Positions 1-8,060 of a stretch of DNA of 19,524 bases are shown here, one piece after another. The stretch covers positions 1-19,524 of the forward strand of contig JBIOXB010000160.1 in assembly GCA_044869275.1 (NCBI GenBank). The letters run 5' to 3'. The notes under the pieces were generated by a model. It searched no databases and was not told the DNA's origin. It saw only the letters and a list, made by a program, of their open reading frames with translations. This DNA is from a bacterium (GTDB taxonomy: Bacteria; Zhuqueibacterota; Zhuqueibacteria; Zhuqueibacterales; Zhuqueibacteraceae). A program made the position numbers and the translations under genes. Numbering within the stretch: the stretch's first letter is position 1; every line of letters starts with the position of its first letter.

Positions 1-1
1 G

Positions 2-286
2 GGCCTTCACTTTGCGTGGGATGACAAAAAGGCTCGTTCAAATTTCAAAAGTCATGGTGTCGGTTTCGACGAAGCCAAAACAGTCTTTATTGACCCCTTG
101 GCATGTATATTTGTTGATGAAACTCATTCAATATTGGAAGAGCGAGAAATTATCATCGGCCATTCGTTACGAAACCAGCTTCTGCTCATTTGTTTTACAG
201 AGCGAGGAGAAGTTATTCGCGTCATAAGTGCACGTAAAGCTACTAACCAGGAGCGTTAAGATTATGAAGAGAACATATATCACTAA
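2..286 (+). pseudogene. brnT: BrnT-family RNase toxin, 5' end cut by the window edge, premature TAA at 257-259
   Basis: Frame 2 (not in the ORF track) translated by hand: GLHFAWDDKKARSNFKSHGVGFDEAKTVFIDP...EEREIIIGHS...LLLICFTERGEVIRVISARKATNQER*DYEENIYH*. The FxWD-K--N--KHG(V)xF and IRxISARKAT motifs are typical of BrnT. It could still be a slightly shortened functional CDS (2-259). Confidence 0.85.
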
Positions 287-542
287 ATTGCGTACTACAA
301 CTTCGGATGATATGCTTTCCGAATACAACTTCGATTATCGAAAAGCGCGTCCGAATCGTTTTACTGAGAAGATCTACAAAGACCGCCGTGTTGTAATACT
401 TGATCCGGATATTTCGAGAGTTTTTGCAACGGCGGAGTCTGTGAATACGGTGCTTCGCGCACTTATTACCACAATGCCGAAAGCCGGCAAAGGGAAAATC
501 ACTCGAAAGCCATCGCAAAAGGCAGTGGGCAAAAGGATTTGA
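264..542 (+). CDS. BrnA-like antitoxin (92 aa)
   Basis: ATG at 264, directly after/overlapping the toxin tail. EYNFDYRKARPNRF and VILDPDISRVFATAESVNTVLRALI match the antitoxins commonly paired with BrnT. Confidence 0.8.
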   Translation: MKRTYITKLRTTTSDDMLSEYNFDYRKARPNRFTEKIYKDRRVVILDPDISRVFATAESVNTVLRALITTMPKAGKGKITRKPSQKAVGKRI

Positions 543-603
543 AGAGAAATAAAGCGGCTCACTTCCGGCTTAAGCGGACGTGGCGGGCTGCGCATGATTT
601 TTC

Positions 604-801
604 ATGAAGTACTATCTCCGAACGGCAGTCTTGGATCAAAGTGTCTTGTGGGAGATGAGGGTCAGCGCGGAAACAGTATCGACCCAAGTCGTGTCCCACG
701 CTGGCGGGATCGTCGAGCCGATAACGGCGCGTGAGGTTGAAATCTTGCGTCTTATTGTGGCAGAAAAGAGGAACCAAGAAATTGCCGATCATGTTCAATA
801 A
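604..801 (+). pseudogene. LuxR/MalT-type HTH remnant (N-terminal half of the HTH)
   Basis: IVEPITAREVEILRLIVAEKRNQEIAD matches the LuxR C-terminal consensus (EPLT-RE-EVL-L-A-G-SN-EIA) but stops before the recognition helix. Confidence 0.7.
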
Positions 802-935
802 CGATGAGGCGATTTTCAAGCGAGAGTTTGATGAGTTTGCCGCACATTTATGACCTCAATGTAGTTGAACACAAAAGCGAAAGAGCACATGAGATTTTAG
901 AAAGAATTTTGTGTGCTTTCAATTTTGGGTCCACT

Positions 936-1931
936 CTACGTGTAAACAAAAATTTTTGACAAATACGCGACCAAGAAAACAGCTAACAAAATCGGCAAAA
1001 CCAGAATGACACTCATCGCCGCGGTGACGCTCTCCGGGCTGTTGGCCATGATGGTGTAAAGGCGAATCGGGAGCGTTGCGCCGCCGGCAGGGTAGACAAT
1101 AAGCGTTGCGCCCAGGTCGCCAAAGCAAAAAACAAACGCGAGGATCCATGCTGCGGCCATCGTTGGCGCAGTGAGCGGCAATAAAATTCTTGACCAGATT
1201 TGCGCGGTGGAAGCGCCGTCTATCATGGCTGCTTCTTCGCACGAAGGTGGAATCTGCTTGAGCGTTGCGAGAAACATGCGCTCAGTCAGAATCAGGAAAC
1301 GTGCGAGATAAGCGATGATCACGATGAGGATGCCGCTCGACAACATCGCGGGCGCAATCAACGGCAGGGTGATGTGCCGGAGGATTTGCTGGCGCGAAGC
1401 TTCCAGCCGCGCCGCCTCTTCGATCTCAACATGAACCTGCGCCAGCGCGGTTTTGATGAAGAGAATGGCAATCGGCAAAAACGCCAACGTCAATATCGTT
1501 GCGCCCCCCGCCAACGAATGGAGAAATGCCGAGGCCGGTTCGCCGAGACTAAACCATTTATGCAACAGGCCGCGCTTCCCGAGCACGCAGCTCCACGCCA
1601 CCGCCAAAATATACGGCGGCAGAAAGAGGGGAATGAGCAACACGGTGCTCAGCATGTTTCGGAATGGGCGGTCCGTTCTCGCCGATAAAAACCCGAGTGG
1701 AACGCCCAACAGCAATGTGCCGCCGACCACCATCATTCCCAGCGCGATGGTGTTGCCGAGCAGCTTGAACGTGCGCACTTCTTGAAATGACGCAGCGTAG
1801 TTTTGCAGCGTCAAACCTTGAGGGCTCCAAATCGAAGCGCCGAACATCCACACGAGAGGAGCAATGCCAATGATGAGAATGAAAGACAGTAGAATGAGTG
1901 CACTGCCTGGCTTTTTCAATTGCCGGTCCAT
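936..1931 (-). CDS. ABC transporter permease, FbpB/ThiP-like, apparently with a large in-frame internal deletion
   Basis: Hydrophobic protein with PLFLPPYI and two EAA loops (EIEEAARLEAS..LPL and SCEEAAMIDGAS..LPL) only ~60 aa apart. 331 aa is short for a two-domain permease. Confidence 0.8.
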   Translation of the reverse strand: MDRQLKKPGSALILLSFILIIGIAPLVWMFGASIWSPQGLTLQNYAASFQEVRTFKLLGNTIALGMMVVGGTLLLGVPLGFLSARTDRPFRNMLSTVLLIPLFLPPYILAVAWSCVLGKRGLLHKWFSLGEPASAFLHSLAGGATILTLAFLPIAILFIKTALAQVHVEIEEAARLEASRQQILRHITLPLIAPAMLSSGILIVIIAYLARFLILTERMFLATLKQIPPSCEEAAMIDGASTAQIWSRILLPLTAPTMAAAWILAFVFCFGDLGATLIVYPAGGATLPIRLYTIMANSPESVTAAMSVILVLPILLAVFLVAYLSKIFVYT

Positions 1932-2818
1932 TTCTTAAGAAACGGTTGTATTTCCTCCAGTTTCTGCGCGGTACGTTCATAATCGATTTGCATCGGCACA
2001 ATTTTATCGACACTGGTTACACCGGACACTGCAGCGATGGGATTGGGCAGCAGCGGCATTTGCGCGCACGATTGCGCGAGCTTGGCTTCGACTTCGCGTG
2101 TGAGTAAATAATCGATCAGTTTCTTGCCGTTCTCTTGATGCGGCGAATTTTTGAGGAGTGAGACCGTGTTGGGCACGATCAACGCGCCGAGACGATCTTG
2201 ATCGGGAAAAACCCTCTGCACCGGCTTGCCTTCTTTCATGGCTTCATAGGCGTCGTCGGTGTCGGTCAAGCCAAACGCGACGTGTCCGTCGGCAACGCGC
2301 TTGCGCACGTCACCGTTACTGGTGGCAATAATGACGCCGTTGGCTTTGAGTTTGGTAAAAAATTCTTTTGCAGTTGAATCACCCAGCGCCGAGAAGAGCG
2401 CGGCGGCATGAAACGAAGTGGTGCCGAAAAGTGGATTGGCAATCGCGCATTGGCTTTTCCACTTGGGATTGATCAAATCATCGATCGACTTCGGTGCTTC
2501 TTCGGACTTCACTAGATTCGTGTTGTAGAGCAACACCCTTGCCCGCGAAGAAAAGCCGATCCAATGGCCTTCGCGATCCTTAAAGGTCGCCGGGATTTCG
2601 GCGGCGTTCGGTGAAACGTAACCGGCGGTGAGGGCTTTATTTTTGAGCACGAGCGCCCGCACCGGATCGCCGCTCCAAAACACATCGCATTGCGGATTAT
2701 GTGTCTCCGCAATCAAACGATTGAGCACGCCGGTGCTTTTGGTTTCTTCGGTGTCGAACACCGGCTTGACGCGAATACCGGTGGCCTGCTCAAAATCTTT
2801 CAAAATTGGCTCGGAGAA
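1916..2818 (-). pseudogene. ABC substrate-binding protein (FbpA/FutA-like), 5'-truncated, no signal peptide
   Basis: FSEPILKDFEQATGIRVKPVFDTEETKSTG, RARVLLYNT, PKWK, IANPLFGTT and GLTDTDD motifs. Homology begins 7 nt after the upstream gene's stop, an in-frame TAG lies just upstream, and there is no leader peptide. Confidence 0.8.
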
Positions 2819-2825
2819 AAGAGGT

Positions 2826-3818
2826 TCAGTAGAAATCGAAGCTGAGGCCTATTCCTGCACTTGCGGCTTTCTTATACACCAGCACTGCAGCCGCCGCATC
2901 CTGCAGGGCCATGCCGGTGCTGTCGAAGACAATGATTTCATCGTCTGCAATGCGCCCCGGTTTTTTGCCGGCCACCACTTGACCAAGCTCGGCGTGGACG
3001 TCGCTCGTTTGGATCAATCCCTTTTGCACCGCATGATGGAGATCGCCGATCGCGGCACATTGTTGCAACACATCAACCACGATTTTGTTTGATATGAAGA
3101 GGGCCGGATCGAGTTCCTGTTTTTCTTCGCTGTCGGCGCCAACTGCTGCCACGAACGTCCCCGGCGCGATGAACTCGCGGTGGAGAAAGTATTGTCGGGA
3201 GGGAGTACAGGTCACGCAGATATCGCTTTTCCTTGCACACGTTGAAAGTTGCTCTCGCGAAATCGGTTCAATGCGTAGATCGTCGGAAAACTCATCGGCA
3301 AGCAGCCTGGCCTGGCGTTCATCCTGATCGAAAACAAAAGCTTGCTTCAAAGGTCGCACCCGCAGCAGCGCGCGCAGTTGAATTCTTCCCTGATTTCCAC
3401 AGCCACAGATCGTAACAATCCTGGCATCCGAGCGGGCGAGATATTTGGCTGCCACCGCCGTGGCCGCACCCGTACGTTGGATGGTGATCTCAATGGAATC
3501 CATCAGCGCCAGCGGATATCCATTCTCGCCATCGCTCAGGATAATCACGCCTTGAATTGTTGGCAGGCCAAAGCGTTGCGTATTCTGCGGAAAGTTGGCA
3601 TTCATCTTGGCCACGAAATAACTTTTTCCCTCTTCCAGAAACCCTGCTTTTAAGTGAAACCCGCCATCATGAGCGTGCATACCCAGAATTCCCGGCGGTG
3701 TCGTTTTCTTTTCACCGTGGAGTTTGAAGGCTTGTTCCACCACCGTAATGCACTCGTCGAGATTCAGGAGCTGTGCGATTTCATGCCTCTTCAGCAGAAG
3801 TGTTCCTTCGGTTTTCAT
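2826..3818 (-). CDS. Ornithine cyclodeaminase / mu-crystallin family protein (archaeal-type alanine dehydrogenase-like)
   Basis: RTGAATAVAAKYLAR, GCGNQG Rossmann motif, AVGAD..KQELD and FDSTGMALQD. The ATG at 3818 is preceded by GGAG; the longer ORF-track start runs through a non-coding hairpin. Confidence 0.92.
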   Translation of the reverse strand: MKTEGTLLLKRHEIAQLLNLDECITVVEQAFKLHGEKKTTPPGILGMHAHDGGFHLKAGFLEEGKSYFVAKMNANFPQNTQRFGLPTIQGVIILSDGENGYPLALMDSIEITIQRTGAATAVAAKYLARSDARIVTICGCGNQGRIQLRALLRVRPLKQAFVFDQDERQARLLADEFSDDLRIEPISREQLSTCARKSDICVTCTPSRQYFLHREFIAPGTFVAAVGADSEEKQELDPALFISNKIVVDVLQQCAAIGDLHHAVQKGLIQTSDVHAELGQVVAGKKPGRIADDEIIVFDSTGMALQDAAAAVLVYKKAASAGIGLSFDFY

Positions 3819-3854
3819 GGTTATTCTCCATGGCTCAAATTTGGAAAGATATGG

Positions 3855-3998
3855 CTTGACAATGTTAAGTTGGCTAAAAAAGCCTCTAGTCTTTGTCATG
3901 CTGTAGGCATCTTCCCATGAGGCTTGCACACAAACCTAGGGAGGATGCTTACAGCATGACAATTTAAGAGGGCGCGATTTTAATCTAACATTGTCAAG
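3855..3998 (-). ncRNA. 144-bp long-hairpin element, copy 1 (candidate cis-regulatory RNA or miniature mobile element)
   Basis: Terminal IR CTTGACAATGTTA...TAACATTGTCAAG; inner stem TGTCATGCTGTAGGCATCTTCCC / GGGAGGATGCTTACAGCATGACA. About 80% identical by eye to 6679-6821 and 36 nt upstream of the ocd-like ATG. The repeat is certain; the RNA call is inference. Confidence 0.55.
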
Positions 3999-4020
3999 AT
4001 AGTTGTTGAGGCTGAAAGTT

Positions 4021-4075
4021 GTGGCGCGACATTTATGTCGCGGAAGTTGTTTTCTCGACATAAATGTCGACTCAC
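4021..4075. repeat. REP doublet (REPIN-like)
   Basis: GTGGCGCGACATTTATGTCGCG and the inverted copy TCGACATAAATGTCGACTCAC. Each is a short palindrome with a GTGR foot, sitting immediately after the chrA stop. Confidence 0.75.
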
Positions 4076-5397
4076 TTAAAAACCAACCCTAAACGAGTAT
4101 ATCATTCCCATCAACCCGCTGCCGATGACGACGGCAATGAGGTTCCAATCCCATTTCAACATGCCGGCGAAAGCGATCGCGCTCACGATAACGGCAAACC
4201 AATCGACCACGCCCTCATTCGGAAAAAGAACATGAAAGCCGAACCAAATGGCGAGGTTGAGCACGACTCCGACGACTGCCGCGGTGATGGACGACAGTGC
4301 GGAGGTGAGATTTTTATTGCCGCGCAATTGCTCGATATGCGGCGCACCGAGAAAAATCCAGAGAAAGCAGGGCAGGAAAGTTGTCCAGGTGGTGATCAAT
4401 GCGCCGAGAGTGGCGGCAACTAACGGCGATAAACTGCCAGGATGGTGCCACGCACCGAGAAAACCGACAAATTGCAGCACCATGATGAGAGGGCCGGGCG
4501 TGGTTTCCGCCAGGCCGAGGCCATCGAGCATTTGTCCGGCATTGAGCCAATGATAGTCTTCCACCGCGCGTTGCGCAACATATGGCAGCACGGCATAAGC
4601 GCCGCCGAAGGTTACTTCGCTGCTTTGCTGAAAAAAATGCTTTGCTTGAACAAAGCGTTGTTCCAACCGTGCCAGACTCCCGCAAGCAGCACCGGCAGCC
4701 ACCACAGGGTCAAGCAGGTCGCGCTTACTTTCAGCGCGCGCGCCAACGAGGGTTTGGTGTGCAACGGCGACTCGTCCTGATCGTTAATGACAGATTGCGA
4801 TTCATCGCTTGGTTTGCCGTGATTGCCGGCCAGCAAGAATGTTTTCGGCCAAACTTTGCCGCCAATGAGGCCGATGATGCCGGCCATGAAAATAATCAGC
4901 GGAAATGGCAGCTCCAAAAAGTAGATCCCCACAAACGCCAGCGCGGCGAGCGTCCACATCGCTGCGTTTTTGAGCGCCTTTTTGCCGATGCGAATGACGG
5001 CAAATGCGACGATGGCCACGACCGCCGGCTTGAGGCCGTAGAAAATCGCGGCGATCCCCGCGAGCTTGCCATGCGTAACATATACGAAACTCAATCCCAA
5101 CAAAATAAAAATTGAGGGAATGACGAAAAGCGCGCCCGCTGCGATGCCGCCGGCGGTTTTGTGCAAAAGCCAGCCGATATACGTTGCGAGCTGCTGGGCT
5201 TCGGGGCCGGGCAGCAGCATGCAATAATTCAGCGCATGCAGAAAGCGCGTCTCACTGATCCATTTCTTTTTTTCGACGAGCTCGGTGTGCATAATCGCAA
5301 TTTGTCCGGTTGGGCCGCCAAAGCTGATGAAGCCGAGCTTCAGCCAAAAGCGCAATGCTTCGGCAAAAGTGGGAGGAGGCATCTTCTGTGTTCTCAT
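4076..5397 (-). pseudogene. chrA: Long-chain chromate efflux transporter ChrA, split by a 1-nt frameshift near 4616-4617
   Basis: The N-half has LKLGFISFGGPTGQIA and LLPGPEAQQLA; the C-half has [10 protein letters not shown] and [10 protein letters not shown]. The family motif FFSKAAxVTFGG reads AAA GCA GCG AA GTA ACC, i.e. one base is missing. Confidence 0.92.
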
Positions 5398-5454
5398 TTG
5401 ATGGGTTGAATCGACAAGTCATCAAACAAGGTGTAAGAATCCGCCTTCATACGA

Positions 5455-6432
5455 TTATCTCCTGTTTGATTTCTGGCTGGAAAAATAGGCATACAACGCA
5501 TTCAGAAGTGTTGCGCCAGCCTCGAGGGTTTTATGATCATCCTTGTAAGCTTTAGCAAGCGCCCGCACCGCTGCGTCAATTCCAGCAGCTTCGGGGCGGC
5601 CGAACTTTGCATCCTTGACGTCAATATCGTGAACGATCTCAGCCATGGTGGCAAGCGCTCTGTCTTTCAATTGAAATGCTTTGAGCAGGGTCTCAAACGT
5701 GCAATCCTCGCCGTGGTGGCTGAACTCGGCGCCGAAGACATCGAACGAAATGGCATTCTGTGGCAGCTTCGACTCCGGCGCAAAGACGAATTTTGCCTTT
5801 GGGTCAATGAAACGTTTGATCAGCCATGCCGAACACAGACGATCGATGTGGATATGCTCGCGCGTCGTCCATACTTTTCCCTGGAAGGTCTTGGGGGAAT
5901 GGCGTTTGAGGGGCCGCAGATGCTCACGTTGCGGCTCCACCGAGGCAAGATGATTTTTGATTTGCGCCAGCGTGTTTTGCACTTTCTTGTTGAGCAGCGT
6001 GCCGAAGAAATCAATTCCCTGAATCTCCGCGAATGACTCGTTTAGCAGCTTGGTCTCTTTCGTTAACGTTTTCAAGAGCGCGTGCGAAGGTTGCTGTGCT
6101 TCCTTCGCGCGGCGAATGCGCTCCAACAATTTTTCTGCTGCAGATTGCAGCGTGGCGTAATCTTCTTCGCGGCTGCGCTGAAACAGGGCTTGCAGCGCTT
6201 GATCTTCCTTCGCGTTGTGGGATTCCGAAACAAATACCGAAGCTTCACCGCTGGCATCTCTGATTTGTTGGCACAGCCACTGAAAATCTTCCAGTCGTTC
6301 CTTGCTAGACGGCAAAACATAGACGGAATTGCGATAGAGCACCGCGCCGGCCTTCTTGGTCAGCCGCCAAATTTTCACCCGCTCGCGCGAGCGCGGGGTT
6401 TGCAATTGGTGAACGAGAAAAAGCCATTTCAT
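5455..6432 (-). CDS. chrB: Chromate resistance regulator ChrB
   Basis: N-domain WLFLVHQL..RVKIWR..GAVLYRNSVYVLP; C-domain WTTREHIHIDRLCSAWLIKRFIDP and FSHHGEDCTFETLL. ATG 6432 has an AAGGA RBS; the gene is directly upstream of chrA. Confidence 0.93.
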   Translation of the reverse strand: MKWLFLVHQLQTPRSRERVKIWRLTKKAGAVLYRNSVYVLPSSKERLEDFQWLCQQIRDASGEASVFVSESHNAKEDQALQALFQRSREEDYATLQSAAEKLLERIRRAKEAQQPSHALLKTLTKETKLLNESFAEIQGIDFFGTLLNKKVQNTLAQIKNHLASVEPQREHLRPLKRHSPKTFQGKVWTTREHIHIDRLCSAWLIKRFIDPKAKFVFAPESKLPQNAISFDVFGAEFSHHGEDCTFETLLKAFQLKDRALATMAEIVHDIDVKDAKFGRPEAAGIDAAVRALAKAYKDDHKTLEAGATLLNALYAYFSSQKSNRR

Positions 6433-6443
6433 CTGATTTTCCT

Positions 6444-6478
6444 TGTAATGTTTATTACAAATATAAATAAACATTACA
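6444..6478. promoter_or_regulatory. Perfect 13-bp inverted repeat with 9-bp spacer, probable ChrB operator
   Basis: TGTAATGTTTATT-acaaatata-AATAAACATTACA abutting the chrB RBS; it also contains the internal palindrome TGTAAT-N4-ATTACA. Confidence 0.7.
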
Positions 6479-6678
6479 CGACAAGCAATGTCATTTTTGA
6501 TGCCATTGCCGAATGGATCGAAGATGCTCCGGTTCGGTTTCAATACACTTGCAGGCCTGGAAGGCGGTAAATCACTTCCCTACTTGAAAGAATCGTTCAA
6601 GTGAAATCGGGAAGAGACAAAAAACAGAAAGGAGGAAGATTAGGACAGTGCGGACGGAGAAAGACCTGCCGCGATTAG

Positions 6679-6821
6679 CTTGACAATGTTAAGTTGGAGA
6701 TGAAACCCCTATTATTTGTCATTTCGTAGAAATCTTCCCATGAGGCCTGCACTGAAACCTAGGGAAGATGCTTACAGCATGACAGATTGAGGTGATGCGA
6801 TTTTAACTTAAAATTGTCAAG
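6679..6821 (-). ncRNA. 143-bp long-hairpin element, copy 2
   Basis: Same termini (CTTGACAATGTTAAGTTGG...ATTGTCAAG) and core (ATCTTCCCATGAGGC.TGCAC..AAACCTAGGGA.GATGCTTACAGCATGACA) as 3855-3998, same orientation, ~250 nt upstream of chrB. Confidence 0.55.
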
Positions 6822-7055
6822 TTAGAACAGAGTAATTTTGCGTGGGCTGAACGGGTGGAAGCTTGAGCGCAGTTTTCACGATAATCGTGGGTGGAGAAAC
6901 TCCAGCAGAGGTCAACCCGAAGAAATCGATCTGCGGCACATATTTGCCGGGAGTGAAAATATGTCCGAATTGCATTACGAGCGCTGCTGGCATCTTATCG
7001 AATAGGAGGGAGCCTTCAAGAAAAGGCAAGAAGACTTGCACATCTCCTATTTCTT

Positions 7056-7138
7056 GTAAGCGGATTGAACGGATAAAGTGGATTTCAAAAACCTGTTATC
7101 CAGTATCATAATCCGTTCAATCCGCTTAATCCATTTAC
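7056..7138. repeat. Palindrome of 3+3 nine-nt GGAT units
   Basis: TAAGCGGATTGAACGGAT (7057-7074) is the exact reverse complement of ATCCGTTCAATCCGCTTA (7111-7128); GGAT/ATCC recurs every 9 nt. Confidence 0.85.
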
Positions 7139-7189
7139 CTGTCTTTCATGAGCAAAATAACACCCCCGAATTACATCCAGAATCACACC

Positions 7190-7350
7190 CTTCGGCTGTT
7201 GCGGCAGGTATGAGCAACCAGGAAATTGCCGATCGTCTGTTCATCAGTCTGCACACCGTCAAGCGTCACATCGCGACTCTCTATGGCAAGCTGGGGGTCA
7301 GTCATCGCACAGAAGTTGTGGCGAGGACGAACGAGATGAAACTGCTGTGA
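7190..7350 (+). pseudogene. LuxR/MalT-type HTH remnant (C-terminal part)
   Basis: AAGMSNQEIADRLFISLHTVKRHIATLYGKLGVSHRTEVVARTNEMKLL is a canonical LuxR HTH end. The preceding LRL codons are out of frame, and upstream is a non-coding repeat. Confidence 0.8.
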
Positions 7351-7370
7351 AAGAACTGTTGACAACACTC

Positions 7371-8060
7371 TCACACAATCTTAAACACATAACGCAGGCT
7401 CATGATAATTCCCAGCAGGATCATGGTTATACCGGCAAATACGCCAAGCCTATTTTTCATTAGTCTTTTCGCAAAAAACGAATTTTTAGAATACACTGTA
7501 CCACGTGAAATTAGCAAAGCAATGAACAGCAATGGCATACTTGAACCCATGCCGAAAAAAACCGGGTAAAGAATAACGGATTTGGCTGAAATCGCTAATG
7601 GAATCAACACACCCAAAAAAATCGCTGCTGACATCGGGCAAAATGACAGAGCGATGAGAATCCCCAAAATTAGACTTCCAACGATTCCTGATCTTGAATA
7701 TGTCTTCATCAAGCGCCCAGATACTCTTAGCATTTGCTGCCTGGGGAGCAGAATACCGGAAAGCATCATGCCGGCGATGATCAGCAGCAAACCTAAAAGC
7801 GGCCTCATATACGATTGCAGAAAATCCGCAACCAAGGGTATATTGATCATGCCGATCGATATGAGAGCTCCCAGTGAGGCAAAAGTAATCACTTCACCAA
7901 GAATGAAAAACAAAACGATCGTGATGCTTTTGATGGCGCTTTGCTTCCAGGCGTAGAGCAGCGAAACAGCGGCGGCATTTGTGCTGAGGGGGCATGGGTG
8001 GATTACGGTGAATGCGCCCAGACCGAATGAAGTAAGCGCGCCAAGCAAAAATGTAATCAT
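7371..8060 (-). CDS. ArsG-family / CcdA-DsbD-like transmembrane protein
   Basis: About six TM segments with HPCPLSTN and LSFCPMS cysteine motifs; ATGA overlap with the upstream ArsF-like gene. Confidence 0.8.
   Translation of the reverse strand: MITFLLGALTSFGLGAFTVIHPCPLSTNAAAVSLLYAWKQSAIKSITIVLFFILGEVITFASLGALISIGMINIPLVADFLQSYMRPLLGLLLIIAGMMLSGILLPRQQMLRVSGRLMKTYSRSGIVGSLILGILIALSFCPMSAAIFLGVLIPLAISAKSVILYPVFFGMGSSMPLLFIALLISRGTVYSKNSFFAKRLMKNRLGVFAGITMILLGIIMSLRYVFKIV

Noticed and set aside
553..600. GGCTCACTTCCGGCTTAAGCGGACG after the TA pair resembles the left half of an integron attC site
   Set aside because: The R'' box has two mismatches to RYYYAAC, and no complementary right half or GTTRRRY end was found.
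790..866. Short frame MFNNDEAIFKREFDEFAAHFMTSM* after the LuxR remnant
   Set aside because: Possibly another gene tail, but too short to assign.
3819..3929. N-terminal extensions in the ORF track (ocd-like to 3929, chrB to 6543, membrane Fe-S protein to 18763)
   Set aside because: They run through hairpins, the operator or the upstream gene; internal ATGs have RBSs or ATGA coupling.
3855..3998. Inward-facing TTGACA hexamers as sigma70 promoters; 6S RNA or attC identity for the hairpin
   Set aside because: No -10 box at about 17 bp on either strand; two nearby short copies are unlike 6S RNA; the TAAC/GTTA boxes are in the wrong order for attC.
4630..4638. T-TTT-TTC slippery run as a programmed -1 frameshift in chrA
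   Set aside because: Shifting there gives [12 protein letters not shown] and destroys the conserved SKAA; a lesion at 4616-4617 fits better.
6485..6512. GGCAATGG on the minus strand as the start of a fluoride riboswitch
   Set aside because: The following pairing segment and the downstream GCTRATGAC-type motif are absent.
6817..7111. ORFs 6817-7041 (-) and 6863-7111 (+)
   Set aside because: No recognisable motifs, poor RBS spacing, and they overlap repeats.
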